Positions 57,437-64,000 of a stretch of DNA of 64,000 nucleotides are shown here, in pieces. The translations under genes and the position numbers were made by a program. The notes beneath the pieces are model-generated. The model was not told the DNA's origin and ran no database searches. It was given only the letters and a program-made list of their open reading frames with translations. How positions within the stretch are numbered: position 1 is the first letter of the stretch; each line of letters starts with the position of its first letter. Source of the DNA: an uncultured Gemmatimonadales bacterium (GTDB lineage: Bacteria > Gemmatimonadota > Gemmatimonadetes > Gemmatimonadales > GWC2-71-9); the NCBI GenBank assembly GCA_963795085.1, contig CAWCFX010000006.1:736001-800000 (forward strand). The letters are read 5' to 3'.

Positions 57437-58609
57437 ATGCACCGAGGCATCGTTCGCGTTGCCGTGATGGTTGTATTCGCGGGGTTCGCCGCCTCATCGG
57501 CAGGGGTGACGCAAGTCGAGGTCCTGGCCAGTCCAACCGGGCAGCGCGCCGTAGGGTATTGGCGCACGACGCTGGAAACCGATCGGCCGGACGACAGGGC
57601 ACCGGTCTCCAGCCCTGGCCGGCGAAGGCTCCTGATCGAGGTCTGGTACCCGGCCCCAGGCGAGCGTTCGACCGCCAGGGCCAGGCGGTACACCTCTCCA
57701 GCGATCGAGAGCACCCTCGTCGCGCAACTGGGGCTCACACCGGGTTGGGCCGGCCGGGTCGCGACTCATGCCGTAGAGAATGCAGCAGCGTCACCGGGGC
57801 CCCATCCGGTTGTGATTTTTTCACACGGGCTATCGTGGCCGGTCTCGCTCTATCAGAGCTTTACGGAGGAGCTGGCAAGCCATGGCTACGTCGTCATCGG
57901 TATCAATCATCCCCACGGTACCGTCATCGACTTCGGAAGCGGCCTGGTTGTCCCCGTCGCCGAGTTACCCGAGTTCCCCGACGATTCTACCGGGCACGCG
58001 TTTCTCGCCAGGCTGACCGGCGTGTGGAAGGAGGACATTCGCACGGTGATTGAACAGCTGCCCCGCTGGAATGCGGAGGGGCCGGCTCCACTTTCAGGAG
58101 GACTGGATACATCCCGGCTCGCCTTAGTCGGTCACTCCCTCGGCGGTAGCGCCGCAGCGCTCTTGTCCGACGACCCCAGGGTGAAAGCGGTGGTGGCGCT
58201 CGAAGGCAAGTTCCGAGGCGAGTCGGCCGCCAGCCTGACGGTCCAGGCTCCCTTTCTGCACCTGATCGGCGAGTATAACCGCACGGAACTGGAGAACCGA
58301 AACTACCGTCCATCCGACCGTGCGCCGGTATACCAGGCGGTGATCGCCGGGACCGGTCATGCCAGTTTTTCGGACCTGATCGCCATCTACAAAACCACGG
58401 CCCCGCCCGATTGGCTGGTGCGTCATCGATACGAGCTCGAACCCGGTCGGATCATACAGATTACCCGCGATTATGTGAGAGCCTTCCTGGGGCGGTACCT
58501 GCTTGATACCGACAATTCACTCCTCCATCCCACCGGCTACGCAGCCCGGGTGGATGGCCCTCGTTCGGCCGGCTATGCCGAGGTCCGCCTCAGCATCGAC
58601 GCCCATTAG
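57437..58609 (+). CDS. PAF-acetylhydrolase-like alpha/beta hydrolase
   Basis: RBS AGGAG; EVWYP, IFSHG, ELASHGYVV, VGHSLGG, GTGHASFSD. Confidence 0.87.
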   Translation: MHRGIVRVAVMVVFAGFAASSAGVTQVEVLASPTGQRAVGYWRTTLETDRPDDRAPVSSPGRRRLLIEVWYPAPGERSTARARRYTSPAIESTLVAQLGLTPGWAGRVATHAVENAAASPGPHPVVIFSHGLSWPVSLYQSFTEELASHGYVVIGINHPHGTVIDFGSGLVVPVAELPEFPDDSTGHAFLARLTGVWKEDIRTVIEQLPRWNAEGPAPLSGGLDTSRLALVGHSLGGSAAALLSDDPRVKAVVALEGKFRGESAASLTVQAPFLHLIGEYNRTELENRNYRPSDRAPVYQAVIAGTGHASFSDLIAIYKTTAPPDWLVRHRYELEPGRIIQITRDYVRAFLGRYLLDTDNSLLHPTGYAARVDGPRSAGYAEVRLSIDAH

Positions 58610-58650
58610 GGAGTATATGGTGAGACGGACAAGCGGACGACCGTTCGCCT

Positions 58651-60054
58651 CTACACCTTTTTGACTTTCCACTTGCCCAGCCGGAACATCCAGGCACTCG
58701 CCACGGTCAGCGAGATCTCCGCGATCGGAATGGACAGGTAGACCCCCAGCGGTCCCCACGGCCGGGAGAGAAACCAGGCCAGCGGAATCTCCAGCATCCA
58801 GAAGAACGCCACGTTGAGCCAGGTTGGCGTCCAGGTGTCGCCCGCCCCGTTGAATGACTGGTGCAATACCATCCCGTAGCCATAGAACACCAGGCCCAGC
58901 GCCATGATCCGGAGCGACAGGACGGCGTGGTGAGCCACTTCAGGATCGGTGGTGAAGGCGGACACCAGGCCCGGCGCGAAGGCCAGGGAAATCGCACTCA
59001 CCAGCGCCATCCACACGCTGTTGTAGATTCCCGCCAGCCGCACCGACCCCGCAGCCCGGTCCGGCTGATCCGCGCCAAGGGACTGGCCGACCATGGTCGC
59101 GGCCGCATTGGCGAGGCCCCAGGACGGCAGCATCACGAAGATCATCATCCGGATCGCGATGGTATAGCCGGCCAGCACGCTGCTCCCGAAGGTGGAGAGG
59201 ACCCGCACCAGCCCGATGTAGCTCGAGGTGGCCACAAACACCTGGAAGGTGCCGGTCGCCGAGAGCCGCACCAGCGACCGGAGCGCGGCGGGCACCACCC
59301 GCAGGTGCCGCCGGCGGATCAGCACCCGGCCGTCCCGCCGCATCAGCTGGCTCACCTGGTACAATACGCCGATCCCGCGCCCCACCGTGGTCGCCACCGC
59401 CGCCCCGGTTACCCCCATTTCGGGAAACGGTCCCCAGCCAAAGATGAGACAGGGGTCCAGCACGATGTTGATCCCATTGGCCAGCCAGAGGGACCGCATC
59501 GCGATGGTGGCATCCCCGGCGCCGCGGAAGACGGCGTTGATCAGCCAGATGAGCAGGACCGTGCCGCTCCCCGCCAGCATCATCCGGGTATAGCCGGCGC
59601 CACCGGCCTGCACCGAATCGCTGGCCCCCATCAGGGCCAGGAGGTCGGGGGCGTAAATAATGCCCACCACTCCGATGGCCAGCGCCGCGATGATCCCCAG
59701 CACGATCCCCTGGACCGCCGACTCCGCGGCGCCTTCCGGATCCTTCTCGCCAGTGCGCCGGGCTACCACCGCCGTCACCCCGATGGACAGGCCGATGGCC
59801 AGGGTGTACACCAGGGTCATCATGGACTCGGTGAGCCCCACGGTAGCCACGGCGTCCGATCCCAGCCGGGAGACGAAGAACACGTCCACCAGCGCGAAGA
59901 GGGACTCCATCGCGGTCTCCAGCACCATGGGCACGGCCAGCAGCACCAACGACCGGGATATGGTACCGCTGGTGTAATCCTGTTGAGTCCCCCGCAGCGC
60001 CTCCCGGACCAGGCTCCACCAGCCTTGCTTCGCCGTTGTCTCCATTGAAGTCAT
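58651..60054 (-). CDS. MATE family efflux transporter
   Basis: LAVPMVLE..MESLFALVDVFFV, FRGAGD, NIVLDP.LIFG, GAAVAT; 12 TM segments. Confidence 0.95.
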   Translation of the reverse strand: MTSMETTAKQGWWSLVREALRGTQQDYTSGTISRSLVLLAVPMVLETAMESLFALVDVFFVSRLGSDAVATVGLTESMMTLVYTLAIGLSIGVTAVVARRTGEKDPEGAAESAVQGIVLGIIAALAIGVVGIIYAPDLLALMGASDSVQAGGAGYTRMMLAGSGTVLLIWLINAVFRGAGDATIAMRSLWLANGINIVLDPCLIFGWGPFPEMGVTGAAVATTVGRGIGVLYQVSQLMRRDGRVLIRRRHLRVVPAALRSLVRLSATGTFQVFVATSSYIGLVRVLSTFGSSVLAGYTIAIRMMIFVMLPSWGLANAAATMVGQSLGADQPDRAAGSVRLAGIYNSVWMALVSAISLAFAPGLVSAFTTDPEVAHHAVLSLRIMALGLVFYGYGMVLHQSFNGAGDTWTPTWLNVAFFWMLEIPLAWFLSRPWGPLGVYLSIPIAEISLTVASAWMFRLGKWKVKKV

Positions 60055-60093
60055 TGAAATGCCAGGTGCTCAAGGTTACGCCTGGGGGGCGTG

Positions 60094-60124
60094 AAAAAGC
60101 CCACCAGCCAGTTGGCGGTGGGCT
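60094..60124 (-). terminator. Intrinsic terminator within the MATE 5' leader (attenuator)
   Basis: Minus strand AGCCCACC...GGTGGGCT-TTTT, ~40 nt before the MATE start. Confidence 0.75.
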
Positions 60125-60147
60125 CGCGATCCTGCGTTGGTGCGGGA

Positions 60148-60276
60148 TCAGCCGATACTCGACCCGTGGTCGAGCCCACCTGAGCGAACGATCAGGTCCG
60201 GGACGAGGTCCCCGCGTCCCGCAAGGCTCGCGAGCGCGGCGCTGTCCAGATCCGGGGTGAATTCGTTCAGGCGCAT
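60148..60276 (-). CDS. Putative leader peptide (42 aa; 50 aa from the in-frame ATG at 60300)
   Basis: MRLNEFTPDLDSAALASLAGRGDLVPDLIVRSGGLDHGSSIG*, lying between the promoter and the terminator. Confidence 0.45.
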   Translation of the reverse strand: MRLNEFTPDLDSAALASLAGRGDLVPDLIVRSGGLDHGSSIG

Positions 60277-60312
60277 CGGCGTTTCCAGGCCAGGGTCCAT
60301 TTCCGAGGACAC

Positions 60313-60341
60313 ACAGTACCAACGCCCGGCGGACTTGTCAA
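60313..60341 (-). promoter_or_regulatory. Sigma70-type promoter of the MATE leader
   Basis: TTGACA-N17-TACTGT with TG extended -10; a second, divergent TTGACA lies at 60352-60357. Confidence 0.75.
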
Positions 60342-60401
60342 CGAGGGGTCCTTGACAAAGCCGGTCCCGGGCGGAGACTTGGGGGAGTCCCCATCAACTC
60401 C

Positions 60402-62720
60402 GTGAGCCCCATGCACCGATTCCGCCCCGCACCACTGGCCGGCGCCCTTCCGGTTGCCTTGCTGGCCTGCGTCCTTGCCCCCCCGCTCCAGTGCCAGGGC
60501 CCCGCGGCCGCCAGCTACCAGGCGTACTATGGCGAACTCCGCGAGGCCCGGCCGCTGGAAACCCAGAGCGCCGCCGTGAGCGGCCTGACCCTCCGGCGCA
60601 ACGGCGCCGAGTTCCAGCTGCAGGACGGGAGGCTGTGGCTCCTGAGCCCGGTCAACGGCCGCACGATCGGGTTCGCTTTTCAGGGCAACGGCGTGTTCCG
60701 TTACCAGCCGGCCAGCACTATGGAACAGCAGCGGCTGGCTGAACTTCGCAAGGTGACCGCCATGGAGGAACGATTCTCCGAGATGGTGGTCCTGTTCGCT
60801 GACAGCACGCTGGCGGAGTTGAAAGGGACCCTGACATTCGGCGCCTCCAGTCGCAACGACCCGCTCCGCTCCCGCTACCGCGAAGCCCTGTCCTACCTGG
60901 GTAAGGAAGACAAGCAGTCGCTGGACCCCGACCTGCTCGTCACCCTGCTCAACGGGCAGAGCAACGACCTCTTCTACGCGCACATGGCCCACCGGGGCGA
61001 CCCCTGGATGTTCATGGTCAACCCGCACGAAGTCGAAGGCGTTCGCCTGCTGACCCGGCCTCGCGGCATCGGGATGGTGCGCTACGCCGAGGTGTTGACC
61101 CAGTCTCGCCGGGAGGGCGACACCGGTGTGACCACCTCGGAGCGGCGGCCGGAAGCCAGGATCAGCCACTACCAGCTCGAGAGCTGGATGACCCAGAGCT
61201 TCTCGGGTGACCTGACCTTCTCCGCGGCGGCCACGGTAAGCGTGACGGCGGACAGCGGCTCAGGGCCCTGGACGGCCTTCTCCATGTACTACAAACTGGA
61301 CGTGGACTCGGCGCGGTTCCCCGGAGGCGAGCGGGCGGAGGTGTTCAAGGGCAAGGACTTCGACGCGGTGCTGGTCAACCTGGGCAAGCCCCTCGCCCCG
61401 GGAGAGACCCGGCCCGTCACCATCTATTATCACGGCAACGTGATTGACCGCTTCGGGGAATGGTTCTTCATCAACTCGTCCATCGCCTGGTACCCGGTGT
61501 CCATGGAAGGGCGGACCCGGGCCACGTTTGATATCACCTTCCATCACCCCCGCTCGCTCACCGTGGCCAGCGTGGGGGAGCGGAAGGATTCCTCGCTCGC
61601 GGGAACCGTAAAGACCAGCCGGTGGGTGACGGCCCAGCCTATTCGCAACGCCTCGTTCAACCTCGGCATTTTTGAAGCGCTCGAGGTCGAGGAGGCAGGG
61701 CTGCCGCCCATCACCCTGCTCTCCTCGGAGAAAGGCCACCGGGAGCTGTTCGGCGGAGGCGCCAGTTTTGGCGGGGTGACCCGGCGGGTGGGCGCGGACA
61801 TCGCCGCCGCCATGAAGTTCTTTCAGAACGTGTTCGGCCCTTCGCCGGTGGACCGGTTCTACGCGACCGAGATCCCGTGGGCCCACGGCGAGGCCTTTCC
61901 GGGCTTGATCAACCTCTCCTACGCCACCTTCGGCCCCACGCAGCCCGATGGATCCGACGAGGTGTTCCGGGCCCACGAAGTGGCCCACCAGTGGTTCGGC
62001 ATCGGTGTGGACTATGCCACCTACCACGATCGGTGGATCAGCGAGGGCTTCTCCGAGTTCGCGGGCCTCTGGTTCCTGCAGACGCGGCGGGCGGATAACA
62101 AGCGCTACTTCGACAAGCTGGACCGCTACCGGGCCGATATCATGCTGCGGCGGAACCAGGCGCTCCCCGTGTGGCTGGGCCACCGGGTGGCCACCGCCCG
62201 CACCGGCGACGACTACAGCGCCATCGTGTACTCCAAGGGCGCCTGGGTCCTCCACATGCTCCGGATGCTCACCCTGGACCTGCAGAGCATGAAAGAAGAC
62301 CGCTTCACCGCCATCATGCGGGAGTTCTACCAGACCTACCGGGGGGGCCGGGCCTCCACCGAGGATTTCCGCGCCACCGTGGAGCGCCACGTGGGGGCCG
62401 ACATGCGCTGGTTCTTCGATCAGTGGATCTATGGGCACACCATCCCCACCTACCGGGTGGCCTGGCAGTCAGCAGCCCAGCCGGATGGCCAGCACCGGGT
62501 GCGGCTCCGGGTGCGGCAGGAAAACGTCCCGCCCGAATTCATGATGTACGTGCCCGTCACCGTGGACCTGGGCAACAACCGCCTGGCCCGGGCCCGGATC
62601 CGGGTGACCGGGGCCACGTCGGAGATCGATTTCCCGGTGCCCCTCCCCGGCCCGGCCAAGGCGGTCCGGTTTAACGACATGATGGGCGTGCTGGCGGACG
62701 TGAAGAATGAGGGATGGTAG
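60402..62720 (+). CDS. M1 family aminopeptidase (secreted)
   Basis: GEAFPG, AHEVAHQWFG, WISEGF, YSKGAWVLHMLR, WFFDQW. Confidence 0.92.
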   Translation: MSPMHRFRPAPLAGALPVALLACVLAPPLQCQGPAAASYQAYYGELREARPLETQSAAVSGLTLRRNGAEFQLQDGRLWLLSPVNGRTIGFAFQGNGVFRYQPASTMEQQRLAELRKVTAMEERFSEMVVLFADSTLAELKGTLTFGASSRNDPLRSRYREALSYLGKEDKQSLDPDLLVTLLNGQSNDLFYAHMAHRGDPWMFMVNPHEVEGVRLLTRPRGIGMVRYAEVLTQSRREGDTGVTTSERRPEARISHYQLESWMTQSFSGDLTFSAAATVSVTADSGSGPWTAFSMYYKLDVDSARFPGGERAEVFKGKDFDAVLVNLGKPLAPGETRPVTIYYHGNVIDRFGEWFFINSSIAWYPVSMEGRTRATFDITFHHPRSLTVASVGERKDSSLAGTVKTSRWVTAQPIRNASFNLGIFEALEVEEAGLPPITLLSSEKGHRELFGGGASFGGVTRRVGADIAAAMKFFQNVFGPSPVDRFYATEIPWAHGEAFPGLINLSYATFGPTQPDGSDEVFRAHEVAHQWFGIGVDYATYHDRWISEGFSEFAGLWFLQTRRADNKRYFDKLDRYRADIMLRRNQALPVWLGHRVATARTGDDYSAIVYSKGAWVLHMLRMLTLDLQSMKEDRFTAIMREFYQTYRGGRASTEDFRATVERHVGADMRWFFDQWIYGHTIPTYRVAWQSAAQPDGQHRVRLRVRQENVPPEFMMYVPVTVDLGNNRLARARIRVTGATSEIDFPVPLPGPAKAVRFNDMMGVLADVKNEGW

Positions 62721-62725
62721 TAAAC

Positions 62726-62771
62726 AGAAGTGAGAAGTGAGAGGTGCTTCTCACTTCTCACTTCTCACTTC
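62726..62771. repeat. Inverted heptamer array (AGAAGTG)n..(CTTCTCA)n between convergent genes
   Basis: Directly visible. Confidence 0.88.
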
Positions 62772-62774
62772 GGT

Positions 62775-64000
62775 TCAGAGGCTTCCTTCCAGTCCCACCG
62801 TCCAGATCAGGTCCGGCTGGAGCCCGGTCTTTCGCAGCGGGGCAATTCCGTTCACCACCAGCACCATGCCACCCCGCACCGAGAACTTGAGGCCCAGCGC
62901 GGCATTGAGGATGTTCTCTCTCCGGTTGGGGACCGAGATGGCGGGCACCCGGCGCTGGAAGGGCTCGGAGAAGACGATGTCGCCGGGAAGCGTGAGGGGA
63001 CTGTCGCCGATCTGCCACTCCGAGATGATATCGGCGGCGACGGTGGCCCACGAGGCCATCAGGTTGTCGAACCCCAGCGTCGCGATGAAGGCATCGGTAT
63101 GGAGGTCGCCGCCCCGGGCGAGGTAGCCCAGGTTGACGTGGGGCGCGAAGTTGCCAAACTGGGCCGAGCCGACCGCCATCGCCCGGGCACTGGTGAAGCC
63201 GGACCCCAGCAGTTCCTCCTCCTTGCCGGTCGCGAACCGCACGTCGGACAGGATCGCCGCGCCCAGGGTGCGGGACTGGCCGAGGTTGATCTTGATCCGG
63301 CCCACGACGTCGCCGAGGCCGGTGGAGGTCCCCGAGGCCGCGGTGCTGGCCCGGAGAATCGGGTCGCTGAGGGTCCCGCCGAACCGATGCAGGGCGGCGG
63401 AGCCAAAGGGGAGGATCTGGGCTTCGCTGGTCCCGTTGATCGTGGTGCGAACGAACGGTACCGCGACCCCGATGTCCATGAAGTCCAGGATGCCCCAGGT
63501 GGCATAGAGCGACACCACCGTGATGTTCATGTCCAGGTTCATCCGCAGCTGGATGATATCGTTCTCGAACTCGGGATCGCCGTGGCCCGGATTACCGACG
63601 TCCTGGTGGGCGAAGTTGATGACCAGGTTATCGACCGGGGCGCTGTTGAGCGTGGTGAATGCCAGGCCGGTCACGTTAGCGCCCAGGAAGAACCGGCCCC
63701 GGCCCAGGGTCTGGGACCGCTCGCCGAAGATGGGCCCCGGCGACGTGGACGAGCGGACCGGAAGCCCCCCCACCAGGCTGAAGGTGGCGCCGCTGGAGGT
63801 GGCGCTGAGCGGCGCGCTGGCCACGGAGCGGCCGATCGCCTCGGTCAGGAAGGTGAGCACCGTCTGGTTGCTCTGGGTCACCGCCGGCAGATAGTGGTTG
63901 CCATGCTCGTCGTCCAGCTCCAGGCACAGCGGCGCGCCGCAGTCGCCGAAGGTAAAGAGCTGGGTGATCGTGCTCCGCATGTCCTGGGCGCGGAGCGGCA
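62775..64000 (-). CDS. Hypothetical protein, probable outer-membrane beta-barrel; 5' end outside the window
   Basis: Open frame to the window edge; alternating beta-strand pattern; GLGDV..R.K motif typical of transporter-like barrels. Confidence 0.7.
   Translation of the reverse strand, partial: PLRAQDMRSTITQLFTFGDCGAPLCLELDDEHGNHYLPAVTQSNQTVLTFLTEAIGRSVASAPLSATSSGATFSLVGGLPVRSSTSPGPIFGERSQTLGRGRFFLGANVTGLAFTTLNSAPVDNLVINFAHQDVGNPGHGDPEFENDIIQLRMNLDMNITVVSLYATWGILDFMDIGVAVPFVRTTINGTSEAQILPFGSAALHRFGGTLSDPILRASTAASGTSTGLGDVVGRIKINLGQSRTLGAAILSDVRFATGKEEELLGSGFTSARAMAVGSAQFGNFAPHVNLGYLARGGDLHTDAFIATLGFDNLMASWATVAADIISEWQIGDSPLTLPGDIVFSEPFQRRVPAISVPNRRENILNAALGLKFSVRGGMVLVVNGIAPLRKTGLQPDLIWTVGLEGSL

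Noticed and set aside
57437..58609. Horizontally acquired island (codon usage looks more AT-rich)
   Set aside because: Visual impression only, covering a single gene with no mobility signature; GC3 would need to be computed.

Overview
High-GC bacterial chromosomal window with about 55 CDS; the gene content resembles Gemmatimonadota (inference). No rRNA, tRNA, CRISPR array or transposase was recognised. Housekeeping and accessory genes include several exported peptidases (M48, S46, S41, M1), two FKBP PPIases, sseA, an esterase/ATP-grasp/carboxylate-amine ligase/C26 hydrolase operon, rpsU, a cold-shock gene, a divergent ligD/ku NHEJ locus, efp, an ECF42-type sigma with a YciI/DGPF gene, a MATE pump, and a giant Ig-repeat lipoprotein split by two frameshifts. 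The most unusual signals are non-coding. (1) Eight intergenic arrays of CAGTGGG(A/T)-type octamers are arranged G-rich arm before C-rich arm. Four share a conserved ~22-bp core at the strand switch, and in two places the arms enclose an oppositely oriented gene like a cassette. (2) An intact and an apparently catalytically dead DUF559 nuclease gene are embedded in REP/REPIN-like hairpins. (3) The MATE pump has a complete promoter, leader ORF and antiterminator/terminator arrangement upstream, which looks like an attenuator.
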